A stretch of 64,000 nt of DNA from a virus. Of the stretch, positions 49,803-59,428 are shown piece after piece. The stretch lies in the IMG/VR virus record IMGVR_UViG_637000207_000006. The stretch is one strand, 5' to 3'. Position 1 is the first letter of the stretch. Every line of letters begins with the position of its first letter. A program made the position numbers and the translations under genes. Below the pieces are notes generated by a model. It had not been told where the DNA came from. It ran no database searches and saw only the letters and a program-made list of their open reading frames with translations.

Positions 49803-50975
49803 ATGCTGGTGTTTAAACAGCAGTTACAGGTACATCAGTTAACACAAAGTGCAGCAGCAAGTGCGGCAGGAATTTCAGCGGCGGCGTTGGCTCAAATTGT
49901 TAATCACAATATATGGCCACGACAGAACGCAGATGCAATTCGTCAGCGTATTACTGATTTCTTGGCAAAAAGAGGTATCGATACCGCAAAAAGTTTTGAG
50001 GTGGTACAAACAACCAATAAATCAGATATCTATACCGATAATAAAAATACAACCCTCATTTCTGAGGAGGAAAACATGTTACTAAAAAAACAAGTGTTAT
50101 TTCCAGCTACGAAAAAGCACTTTGGTTTATTTCGTGATCCATTTGAAGATAGTGCAATTCAAAGTGCTGAAGATGTTTTTGTGACTCCAGATAGCCGTTA
50201 TGTACGGGAAGCCATGTATCAAACAGCCCGCTATGGTGGTTTTCTGGCAGTATCAGGGGAATCGGGTTCAGGTAAAACGACACTGCGTCGTGATCTTATT
50301 GACCGTATTAACAGGGAAAATACCCCCGTTATTGTTATTGAACCCTACGTATTAGCAATGGAAGACAATGATGTAAAAGGTAAAACCTTGAAAGCATCAA
50401 ACATTGTTGAAGCTATTGTGAATACCTTAGCGCCATTGGAAAACTTGAAACGATCGCCTGAAGCACGCTTCCGCCAGTTGCACAAGATATTGAAAGACAG
50501 TTCACGCGCTGGCTATCAACATGTGTTAATAATAGAAGAAGCACACTCGTTGCCTTTACCGACATTAAAACACCTTAAACGATTCTTTGAACTGGAAGAT
50601 GGATTTAAAAAACTGTTATCGATCATTTTGATTGGTCAGTCTGAACTGGAATTGAAGCTATCTGAACGTAATCAAGAGGTTCGTGAAGTAGTGCAACGTT
50701 GTGAAGTTGTTAATTTGTTTCCTCTTAATGATTATCTGGAAACATTTCTGGATTTTAAATTTAGTCGCGTAGGCATGAAGACTAACAAGATTTTAGATAA
50801 TAGCGTTATTGGTGCTATCCGTGACCGTTTATGTCTTAGTCGGCATAGTGGTAAAGAAACTGTTAGTTTATTATATCCATTAGCTATCGGAAACTTGATT
50901 ATTGCAGCTATGAACATGGCTGCAATTAATGAGATACCTATGGTTGATGCCAATATTATTCGCAGTGTTAGCTAA
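49803..50975 (+). CDS. Transposition AAA+ ATPase (MuB analogue) with N-terminal HTH
   Basis: GESGSGKT Walker A, IIEEAH Walker B. Confidence 0.92.
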   Translation: MLVFKQQLQVHQLTQSAAASAAGISAAALAQIVNHNIWPRQNADAIRQRITDFLAKRGIDTAKSFEVVQTTNKSDIYTDNKNTTLISEEENMLLKKQVLFPATKKHFGLFRDPFEDSAIQSAEDVFVTPDSRYVREAMYQTARYGGFLAVSGESGSGKTTLRRDLIDRINRENTPVIVIEPYVLAMEDNDVKGKTLKASNIVEAIVNTLAPLENLKRSPEARFRQLHKILKDSSRAGYQHVLIIEEAHSLPLPTLKHLKRFFELEDGFKKLLSIILIGQSELELKLSERNQEVREVVQRCEVVNLFPLNDYLETFLDFKFSRVGMKTNKILDNSVIGAIRDRLCLSRHSGKETVSLLYPLAIGNLIIAAMNMAAINEIPMVDANIIRSVS

Positions 50976-51433
50976 AGATATCATTATGATAAAAAATTCT
51001 ATTCAGCAATTAATATTGAAAATATTCATATTAAAACTTCCTTATCACAAATTAAATATTCAAGGCGGATTCGACTAATTTCTGATTTTATTAATTTCAA
51101 GTTGGTTACAACAAGGGCGGAACATACCATAACCAAAGAAATGGAAGTCTTGTAAATATTAAGTTCGGAATTTCATTGTCGATCTACTTGCAAAAATTTC
51201 TTTGTTGAGGAAAAGAAGAAAATATATTGGTATTAATAAAAGCATTCATTAAGTAACAGGTAATTAAATATGGTAGAAAGAAAAGTTATGTTTAAAGCGA
51301 CTGCGGCTTCTTACACCCCGTAATTATTTAAATAAAGCTGTTATAAAAGATATTAATTAAATATCAATTAATTCAGGTAAAGAAAATTTTTCAATTATCC
51401 ATTTGAATAGAAAATTAAGTAAGGAGCACATTT

Positions 51434-51625
51434 ATGAAAATAACATGTAATCACTGCAAACAACCTGTTGAAAAAATGAATCTAAAACAAGCCAATGTTA
51501 TCCAAACTCCTGAATTTGGTGAGTGGGTTGTCGATTTAATCTTAGTTTGTCCACATTGTAGTCAGCAATACGGTGTATCTGTGGCAACATGGGATTTACA
51601 GCCACTGGAGACCACTCATGGATAA
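51434..51625 (+). CDS. Small CxxC...CxxC protein
   Basis: 63 aa, CNHC and CPHC, AAGGAG SD. Confidence 0.6.
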   Translation: MKITCNHCKQPVEKMNLKQANVIQTPEFGEWVVDLILVCPHCSQQYGVSVATWDLQPLETTHG

Positions 51626-51723
51626 AACGGCCTTATACCGAAAAGCCAAGCTCAGTAGTATCAAGTTAATGCTGGCTATTTTGGTTTACTTAATTCAAGA
51701 GTACATAGCAGAGGATGAATAAG

Positions 51724-52163
51724 ATGGCAAAACAGAAACTTATTCAGCTTACTTTCATATTGCACGTAGTGATCTAAAACTAGACGAGGATACGTATCGC
51801 CAGATGTTACTTTCAGAAACCGGAAAAGCCTCTACGCGGGAAATGGATATCCCGCAGTTAACTCGCGTTTTGGAAGCTATGAAAAAGCGCGGTTTTAAAA
51901 TTCAATCCTTTAGGAAATCCAAAAAATCACGTCCATTAGATAGTCATCCCCAATCAAAGAAGATACGTGCATTGTGGCTGGAAATGGCATCTATAGGTAT
52001 TGTTCGTAATGGTTCTGAACAAGCCTTAGCTCACTGGATTAAGCGTGAAACGAATATTGATGGTTTACAGTGGTTAGATTCAGACCAAGCCAGCAGCATT
52101 ATTGAAAAACTGAAGAAGTGGCAGAACCGTGTCACGAGGAAAAAGTATGAATGGTGTGAATAA
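51724..52163 (+). pseudogene. gemA: GemA (gp16/DUF1018), frameshifted near the 5' end
   Basis: ATG 51724 gives MAKQKLIQL then TAA; the canonical continuation HIARSDLKLDEDTYRQML is in another frame after CTT ACT TT CAT. Confidence 0.8.
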
Positions 52164-52515
52164 CTTTCGTAGCAAAGGTCCTGAGTTGCTAGTCGAACTG
52201 GCACAGCATACAGCTTGCACGGTCAGTGAAATAATCCATGTTGAGCCTGCGTTAGCCGAACAAATTGGTGAAGCTGTTGCGAACCATATGATGCAGGTTT
52301 GGGGCGGTCAGAATGTCTATTTTCCTATGGGCATGGTTTGGAAAGTCAGCCTCCGTGATCGTGAGATTTTCAACGAATTTAACGGTAAAAATCATCATGA
52401 CCTGGCTCGTAAGTTTGGTGTTTCTATTCAATGGATTTACAGCGTAGTGAAACGTATTCGAAAGGAGGAACTGGATCGCCTGCAAGGTAAGTTATTCGAT
52501 AACGAGTCTGAATAG
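52147..52515 (+). CDS. mor: Mor/C-family transcription activator
   Basis: WGGQNVYFP...RDREIFNEFNGKNHHDLARKFGVSIQWIY. Confidence 0.9.
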   Translation: MNGVNNFRSKGPELLVELAQHTACTVSEIIHVEPALAEQIGEAVANHMMQVWGGQNVYFPMGMVWKVSLRDREIFNEFNGKNHHDLARKFGVSIQWIYSVVKRIRKEELDRLQGKLFDNESE

Positions 52516-52693
52516 GCAGGTCAAACTAATTGAGCTTAGTAAAATCAGATGGCAGACTAAACATGATTCTCGTTCGGTCTGCCTTTCAAATACTGAAAAG
52601 GATTTACAATTGAATCTCCATAACTTCCCATTTAGTCCAAGTTTTTCCCATAATTATCTTTCAGTTCCCTGTCAAATATCTTACTTATGATCA

Positions 52694-52699
52694 ATATTG
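52694..52699. repeat. Right copy of the 6-bp target-site duplication ATATTG
   Basis: ...TATGATCA ATATTG cttaag... Confidence 0.92.
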
Positions 52700-53164
52700 C
52701 TTAAGTTCGCGGCATTTGTGGAAATACCCATCACCTTTAGGTTGATAAGGCCCCTGATAATGTTCAGCAAATATGATCCGTTCAGTAGAAGGGAAATAAG
52801 CCCTTAAACTTTCTTTATTCTGCCTGCGCCACGGACCAGAAGGTTTTGCCCAGATAATGTGGTTAAGCACATTGAACCGTTCACGAACAAGGATTTCCGT
52901 ATCAGACGCCAAACGCGAACCACAAAATATATACAAACTGCCGTTGGGTTTCAGCACACGCCAGAATTCAGTCAGTACTTCATCCAGCCACGCAAGATAA
53001 GCCGTTACATCCTCCCATTGTCTGTCCCAACCACACTCTTTTACCCGAAAATAGGGGGGATCGGTGGCGATTAAGTCTATGCAGTTGTCTGGTAACGTTT
53101 TGATAAATCGTAGAGAGTCGTCATTAATTAATGTGATACCACTTAAATTCACAATATTTTCCAT
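52694..53164 (-). pseudogene. DNA methyltransferase (beta class), N-terminal half
   Basis: IDLIATDPPY catalytic motif; ends ...ELKQY and is stopped by the TGA of the prophage end. Confidence 0.93.
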
Positions 53165-53264
53165 AATCGATACTAGCTTACTCTCTGGTTAGCACAGAAC
53201 AGGCGAATGGCTGGTGTCGTCAACTCCACCAGCCATCCATTTCACCGCTTAAGAAGTCACCCCA

Positions 53265-53465
53265 TCAAAGGCAACGCTTGAAAAAGGTGTCGTTGTCCCG
53301 GCTTTCCATCAAGCCAGCCAGACAAAATTGAGTTAAAAGTAATTGGCAACGCGGTGTTGATAGCCCCGTCAGAGTTGAAACATCGGGAATAGAAACCCAG
53401 TCATACATTGGTACTGTTTCTAAAACACATGAGGCTGTTGTTGTCATATCTTCATGTTTTAGCAT
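53265..53465 (-). CDS. Small winged-helix protein typical of lambdoid Q-methylase intervals
   Basis: MLKHEDMTTTA...RCQLLLTQFCLAGL. Confidence 0.7.
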   Translation of the reverse strand: MLKHEDMTTTASCVLETVPMYDWVSIPDVSTLTGLSTPRCQLLLTQFCLAGLMESRDNDTFFKRCL

Positions 53466-53555
53466 GATAATTTAAACCTTTGGTCAGTTATTGTGCATAG
53501 ACACACATGTAACTCTGACCAATGACAACAGCAAGTCTTATCTGAATTTCAGGCA

Positions 53556-53580
53556 ATAAAAAACCCCGCACTGGGCGAGG
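53556..53580 (-). terminator. Intrinsic terminator tR'-like
   Basis: CCTCGC-CCAGT-GCGGGG followed by TTTTTTATT on the minus strand, just downstream of Q. Confidence 0.75.
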
Positions 53581-53609
53581 CTATCAGTCACGAATACTAC
53601 TATCACAAC

Positions 53610-53648
53610 ATATACTGAAATAGTGGCTCATAAGTTCAAAGATGTCAA
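53610..53648 (-). promoter_or_regulatory. Possible late promoter pR'
   Basis: Perfect -35 TTGACA at 53648-53643 overlapping the Q stop; the -10 is poor. Confidence 0.4.
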
Positions 53649-54160
53649 CACGTTCGTGACAAAAGTCTTGATTTTCTTTCCTGTTCCCGTCTTATAAAGG
53701 CATCTTGCAATGGTTGATAAATCAAATATTCCGTTGCTCTTAATATTTCCTCAACCTCACGCCGACAAGTTGACATTGATGGCTTTCGCTTACGCAACAT
53801 ACCATTTCTGCGGATCATAATTCTTGGCTGAACCGTTGCATGATAATGTTTGGCAATTGCTCTATCAGATACACAATAAACATATCGACTAAGCAACATC
53901 CCAAATGCAACCCGATCAATGTGGTAAATATGGTCTACTACCCTAGCGATTAACATTCCGTCATCATCATTGCATATCGGACGTTCTGGATAACCTCTCA
54001 GCTATACCGTCGCCATAAGCTCAGCAATCATACTGCTCTGACGTTTATCAAGCCTGCCAGAATACACCCATGCACCGAACTTGGATAACCAGTCCTGCAA
54101 CCAAATTTCTTGTGCCTGAGTCAATTGCAGCCCATCCGTTGAAAATATCACACCCGACAT
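53645..54160 (-). pseudogene. Q: Antiterminator Q with in-frame TAG at codon 53
   Basis: ATG 54160 ...WLSKFGAWVYSGRLDKRQSSMIAELMATV*LRGYPERPICNDDDGMLIA...; TAG at 54004-54002. Confidence 0.85.
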
Positions 54161-54445
54161 AACCGTACCTCTTCAACTTCCCTTTTAACTTGGGGCAATA
54201 GTTCCGTTGCCATACTGTGGATTGCTTGCCATGTCTTCGGTGCCGCATGAAAGCCCGTGGGATGCAAACGCTCGATGATAGCGAGGATGCAGCAGAATGG
54301 AGAAATGAGCAGCCCTTTGGGCCATATCTTGTACCGCTCCCACATGATGAATTTCCGCAAGTATTACTCCCAACCCCATATTCCGACAACAGATACATCC
54401 CAGTAATGTCACATTAGAAAGCCACTGTTTTTCACTTTTAGCCAT
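54148..54445 (-). pseudogene. Ref-like (recombination enhancement, HNH-type) protein, frameshifted
   Basis: GCICCRNMGLG..AEIHHV in one frame, PTGFHAAPKTWQAIH..TELL in another. Confidence 0.72.
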
Positions 54446-54460
54446 TGGCTCTGCCTCTCA

Positions 54461-55054
54461 TTACATAAAATCGGACAACTGAGAAGCTGCATGTTCAGCG
54501 GCGTTTCGGGTCGGGAAATTGCGATACAAAATAAAGTTCCAAAGCACGTTTAATGTATCTTTATAAAGCTCCTGAAATTCCATCTCTTCCATTTTGGCGA
54601 AACTGACTGAACGAGGTTCACGGTACAGACTGCCGTTGGGCATTTCGTAAATGTCATAGTGCCCTGATTCCACTGTTGCCCAGCGCCGAAAGGCATCAAA
54701 GGATTTGGTGGCAGTAATATTCTGGGCTCGGTTTTTAGATATGCCAGCAAGATATTCATCCGCAGCGGATTGTAAGACATCTTCACTGCCCGCGAAGTGT
54801 GCAAGAAATTGTACGTAGCCACGCACAAGCGCTTTCTCTTCCGGGGAAATGGTACCCCCAGCAGGTTCCCAGTATTCATAGCCGAGATTCAGAAGGGCAA
54901 AATATTTACGATGGAAACGTGGGTTACGTGCTTTCTTAAAATCCGCATAGAGCACATCGCCCCACTTCACTTTGGAGTGCAGGTATTCCCTGGCTGCGGG
55001 AGTCGCAGGTCTCAGGGTGTCATTCGAAATTTTGATAAAACTATGCTGCGTCAT
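54461..55054 (-). CDS. DUF1367-family nin-region protein
   Basis: RNPRFHRKYFALLNLGYEYWEP, PRSVSFAKM. Confidence 0.85.
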   Translation of the reverse strand: MTQHSFIKISNDTLRPATPAAREYLHSKVKWGDVLYADFKKARNPRFHRKYFALLNLGYEYWEPAGGTISPEEKALVRGYVQFLAHFAGSEDVLQSAADEYLAGISKNRAQNITATKSFDAFRRWATVESGHYDIYEMPNGSLYREPRSVSFAKMEEMEFQELYKDTLNVLWNFILYRNFPTRNAAEHAASQLSDFM

Positions 55055-55154
55055 TACTTATCCTCAAAGTTATGACACAGCAGCTTTTGTTTAGGTTATC
55101 AGATGTTCAGGCCGATACGAACAGAATAACAGGTGTTAGTATTAATTCCCAATT

Positions 55155-56354
55155 TTACTTTCTATTAAATAAATTGACGACGTTTGTATCTTGTTGTGTA
55201 GTAGATATATTAATACTATTCTTCAATTGTATTCTGGATTGGAAATCAAGTACCTGTGATTCTGACAAGAATCCCTTAGGAACTGAACATAAATCCTCTA
55301 AATCTCCTTTTGGGAAACCAAATTCCTCAAGAAGTGTTTTTTTACTAAAAGTTCTAGAATCCAATAATAGATTTAAGCACCTAGGTAACAAACGAACCGA
55401 CTCTGGTTTTCTAAGATCATCAAGCGGCTCTCCTTTTCGCCAACCTCTAGCAGAAATATTTTTATATAACCTCTGATATTCCAGAGAAGATATTAATTCT
55501 AAATTTCTCGCTCTAAGGATCATAAATTGTGCCGACATCCCCCAGCGATTTTTTAGAGATATGAAATTCTGCAATGTAGGATATGGAGGAAGCTCTACAG
55601 AAAATGACTCTTCCGGCAGCATGAAACTCGACGCAAACTTATGTGCTTGCTCTTCTATTGGATTAAAATTGATATTATCAAATTTATTTATATATCGATG
55701 TAAGACTATATGACCTAATTCATGAGCAGCATCAAATCGACTACGATAATAGTTATCTTTATCACTAGCTAAAACCACATACGGTCTATTCTCTAAATCA
55801 TTCCATTGAGAATAGCCATCCATTACAGAACTACCTTGTTCAAATCTGGAACAGACTATCCCCGCATTCTCCATTACCAGTAATAGATCATCTATCGGTG
55901 CAATACCTAATCCCCAAGCTTTCCTACACTCAAAAGCCATTCTTTCAATCAATTGATCATCTATCGCTCTGTAATCCTTTACGTTAAGATGAGGAATGTT
56001 AACCTCTGGATAATCAAGATATTCTTGCATCTTACATGATAACTCTTGAAACCACCCCATGTATCGCTCTGAGGCGATACATAAGTCTTTTGCCGTGGTT
56101 GAAAGTGTTCGGAAGAATACTGGTTTTTTTTCGTACTTAACAATAGGCTTTGTGAACCAACTTACCGGGCAATTAAGAATCTGACTTAAGCTATGCAATA
56201 CTTCTGCATCGGGGGAATGATTACCGTTTTCCCATTTGGTAATAGTTGATGGCGAACGATCTACTAACCTACCAAGGTTAATTTTCGATAATCCCCTCGC
56301 TTCTCTTATCTGTGTCAACCTTTCAGATTGGAAACCAGAAATTCCCACTCTCAT
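55155..56354 (-). CDS. XRE-HTH plus ImmA/IrrE metallopeptidase (RmrA-like antitoxin)
   Basis: N-terminal HTH; RFDAAHELGH (HExxH) and EEQAHKFASSFMLP. Confidence 0.88.
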   Translation of the reverse strand: MRVGISGFQSERLTQIREARGLSKINLGRLVDRSPSTITKWENGNHSPDAEVLHSLSQILNCPVSWFTKPIVKYEKKPVFFRTLSTTAKDLCIASERYMGWFQELSCKMQEYLDYPEVNIPHLNVKDYRAIDDQLIERMAFECRKAWGLGIAPIDDLLLVMENAGIVCSRFEQGSSVMDGYSQWNDLENRPYVVLASDKDNYYRSRFDAAHELGHIVLHRYINKFDNINFNPIEEQAHKFASSFMLPEESFSVELPPYPTLQNFISLKNRWGMSAQFMILRARNLELISSLEYQRLYKNISARGWRKGEPLDDLRKPESVRLLPRCLNLLLDSRTFSKKTLLEEFGFPKGDLEDLCSVPKGFLSESQVLDFQSRIQLKNSINISTTQQDTNVVNLFNRK

Positions 56355-56369
56355 AATGTCTCACCTATT

Positions 56370-57040
56370 CTATTTTTCCTGATCCTTCAGGCGCTTCTTG
56401 AGCTTAGGTAAAACCATATCAGGAATGACTATCTTCTTCTCTCCAGTATAGAGGGCTAAAAGCTCCGTTACAGATTTATTATAGTGAAAACCTTTCATAT
56501 TGGTAAAAGGAACCACAATCCTTAAATCCATCATGCTGGCCTGAGATTCATGATATGGTGGATTAATATTTATTAACAACACACCTAACGTATCAATGTC
56601 ATTATGATGTTTACTATCTTCTTCTCTAAAAAGATCTGGAGTATAGCCTTCAAATTTTTCATTCAATTGGGCTATCAATGAACGATGTTTAGCACCTCTT
56701 ATATGGCGCTCATCGTGATTTAACCCAATACGGCTAATTTTAACACCTTCTGAATCGATAATAATGTAATGCTCCCCTTTCGGGGATGTATCAGCATCGT
56801 AACAAAGATAACCAGAGCGACTTGCGGCCTCCCTCAATGCTGAATTAAGGCCATAGTGCCTAGCCTGAGGCCTAAATCTACGTTGCTCCGATTCACCAAG
56901 TTTTAATATATTGCTACAGTTACTTCCTGTGCTGCAGCATACTTAGCATATAATGCATCTTGTACGTTAAGCCAAAAATCACGCCTGAAAGCGTTTATTA
57001 TCAAATCGGTAATATCACTTTGTGTGTCGTTAATGCTCAT
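56370..57040 (-). pseudogene. Partner/toxin gene (RmrT-like), split by a 1-nt frameshift near 56916
   Basis: ATG 57040 reads 45 codons to TAA 56905; the -1 frame (NILKLGESEQRRFRPQARHYGLNSALREAAS...) is continuous with the 155-aa track ORF. Confidence 0.72.
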
Positions 57041-57466
57041 TTAGATACCCTGATTGCGTTAAGCAGATTTTATGGTATTTTTTTTTCGTTTTGAACGCAA
57101 GCAATATACTTGATATGTAATTTGTACGTTACAAATACAACTTCAACTCTTATACCATCCCAGTGTGTTCCATCAGGCCACTTCACTAGAAAAACAATAT
57201 TCAGCTACAGAAAGGCTTTCTCCCGCCTTCGAAGAGTACAATTGCGCTTCAGCATCTCCAGCTCCTAGTTATCCACCAGCAATTTTGGTAAAGCCAGCAT
57301 CCTGCTGGCGTTTACGTTGAATCGACTAGCTTTTAAGTCTAAATTTGTAAGATAACGATGCTTTCAGCACTGCACCCAAAACGGGATAATTCATAACTAC
57401 CCAAATTATCTAATAAAATCAGTTTACTGTTTATGGTCATTTTGATCTGCCTCTTTTGGTCTTTAG

Positions 57467-58867
57467 TTAAAATGCTTTGTCTGCGTATCGGCGCTCTTTT
57501 TGTTTAGCCTGTTGCTGTGTACGACATATTTCAGCAGCAACAATTTGATCAGTTGGTAAGTAATGCCCGTTTTTAAATTCCTGGAATATCGTTCCGGTTT
57601 CACCGTGACGATTCTTATCCAAAATAATCTCGGCATAATTTCTGGCTGGACTTAGTGGGTTATAAACAACATCACGATAAGTAAAAATAATTCGATCTGC
57701 ATCTTGCTCTAGGCTACCTGAGTCTCGTAAATCCGCTGCAACAGGGCGACGCTGATGTATAGGCCGTTTATCAACGTCTCTTGATAACTGACTCAATGCT
57801 GTAACAGGTGTATGCAATCGCTTAGCTAGTCCCTTGAGGGCCCTGGATATTTGAGCGATAGCAAGGTCATTACGCTCGGCTTTGGGCCTTTCTATCAACC
57901 CAAGATAATCAACAAAAATACCTTTCAGATTCGGGTACCTGCGCTTATGCGTTTCACTGATAGCACATATCTGTTCAGCGCTTAATTCACTAGCATCAAG
58001 AATATGAATATCGCGATCTATTAACTCGCTTATTGCGTTAGATATACGAGCCCAATCTTCATCATAAAATTCACCACGTCTCAATTTCGAAACTGACAAC
58101 TGGGCAGAACCAGCAACTATACGTTCTGTAATTTGTTGTGCTGCCATTTCCATTGAAAACAGCAATACCGCCCCTCCATTCCTAGTCATACCCTCAATCA
58201 TGCAAAGTGCCAGTTCTGTTTTGCCCATGCCGGGACGACCACCGATGAGAATTAAATCAGTTGGGTTAAATCCCCCTGTCAACGAGTCAAATGGCTCAAT
58301 ACCTGTCATAATCATCCCGCGACTATCCTCACCTAAGTTACGCCTCCCCAGTATGTCAATGTACCCTTCAATCAATGTCTTGATGTGCACGGGAGCCAGG
58401 TTGCCAGTATCTCGTATTAGCTCCCCCATAGTGGACATAAAGCCCGTTATGACATGCTGTGCTTGAGTATGATTTTTAGTTTCCAGTAACGCCTGTTGGC
58501 CAGCGTTGATCACTGCTGTAACCCGCCGAACATACCAATATTCACTAACTTTATTGGCATAGCCTTTCAGGTTTGCATTCCAAACAGGACTCTTACTCAA
58601 CTCCAGGATATTAGCTAATGTATTACCATCTTCACTCATAGCCTCAGCGATGAATATCGGATCAATCAGGGAACTACTGAACGCTTGTTTTTTGATTTCA
58701 ACGTAGACACGACGCAAAAAACTTGAACTAAACGCCTCTTCTGACAACGTTGCAAAAACATCATAAGCATCCTGCGTTGCACCACCTGACAACAATCCGC
58801 TTATAACCGCAGACTCTAGATTGAGCTCATTCATACTACTGCCCCCTCCGGTAACTATCCCAGTCAA
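57467..58867 (-). CDS. dnaB: Replicative DNA helicase, DnaB family
   Basis: [45 protein letters not shown]. Confidence 0.95.
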   Translation of the reverse strand: MTGIVTGGGSSMNELNLESAVISGLLSGGATQDAYDVFATLSEEAFSSSFLRRVYVEIKKQAFSSSLIDPIFIAEAMSEDGNTLANILELSKSPVWNANLKGYANKVSEYWYVRRVTAVINAGQQALLETKNHTQAQHVITGFMSTMGELIRDTGNLAPVHIKTLIEGYIDILGRRNLGEDSRGMIMTGIEPFDSLTGGFNPTDLILIGGRPGMGKTELALCMIEGMTRNGGAVLLFSMEMAAQQITERIVAGSAQLSVSKLRRGEFYDEDWARISNAISELIDRDIHILDASELSAEQICAISETHKRRYPNLKGIFVDYLGLIERPKAERNDLAIAQISRALKGLAKRLHTPVTALSQLSRDVDKRPIHQRRPVAADLRDSGSLEQDADRIIFTYRDVVYNPLSPARNYAEIILDKNRHGETGTIFQEFKNGHYLPTDQIVAAEICRTQQQAKQKERRYADKAF

Positions 58868-59420
58868 AAGCCAACACTACCCCACCCTGTAACACACGAT
58901 CTAATACTCGGTCCCCTAAAAACACCGGCAGGTCATTCATTGGCAAATTACTGATCAGGATCGTTGGTAATAAATCTTCATATCGGTTATTAATCACCTC
59001 AAACAAGATATTTCGCTCTGATTCAGTGCCGTATTGAACGCCAATCTCATCGATGATCAGCAAATCCAACTCACTGTAAAACCTCAGTGTCTCGAACTCG
59101 TTGGTGTCAGCATCATTACTCCATGAACGACGAAATGCCCTGATAATACGTGATGCGGTTGTAATAAACGCACTGATACCGTTCTGAGTGACTATTTCAC
59201 GGCATGTCGCAACAGCCAGATGAGTTTTCCCGGTACCAAGACGGCCACACATGATGATCCCCTCACCCGCAACTTTGCGTTCTTTCCAAGTCTGAACATA
59301 ACTTTGGCAGATCTTCAGATTATGTTGAGCAGCTTTGTTTATAGGCTGATAATTTTCAAAGCTGGCATGTTCAAAACGTGGGGCAATGTTGATACTGTCA
59401 AGTAAGCTATTAGAGTTCAT
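58836..59420 (-). CDS. DnaC/IstB-like AAA ATPase helicase loader
   Basis: [35 protein letters not shown]. Confidence 0.9.
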   Translation of the reverse strand: MNSNSLLDSINIAPRFEHASFENYQPINKAAQHNLKICQSYVQTWKERKVAGEGIIMCGRLGTGKTHLAVATCREIVTQNGISAFITTASRIIRAFRRSWSNDADTNEFETLRFYSELDLLIIDEIGVQYGTESERNILFEVINNRYEDLLPTILISNLPMNDLPVFLGDRVLDRVLQGGVVLAFDWDSYRRGQ

Positions 59421-59428
59421 TTCTCCCC

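Larger units (their letters stand above)
19206..52693. mobile_element. B3/BcepMu-like transposable prophage, 33,488 bp
   Basis: TG...CA ends, 6-bp duplication, DDE transposase plus AAA ATPase, central repressor with divergent early and late arms, Mu-type head genes, P2-type tail genes. Confidence 0.95.

Noticed and set aside
55072-55476. 134-aa minus-strand ORF overlapping the end of the IrrE-like gene
   Set aside because: The displayed peptide has no recognisable features and overlaps a well-supported gene; treated as spurious
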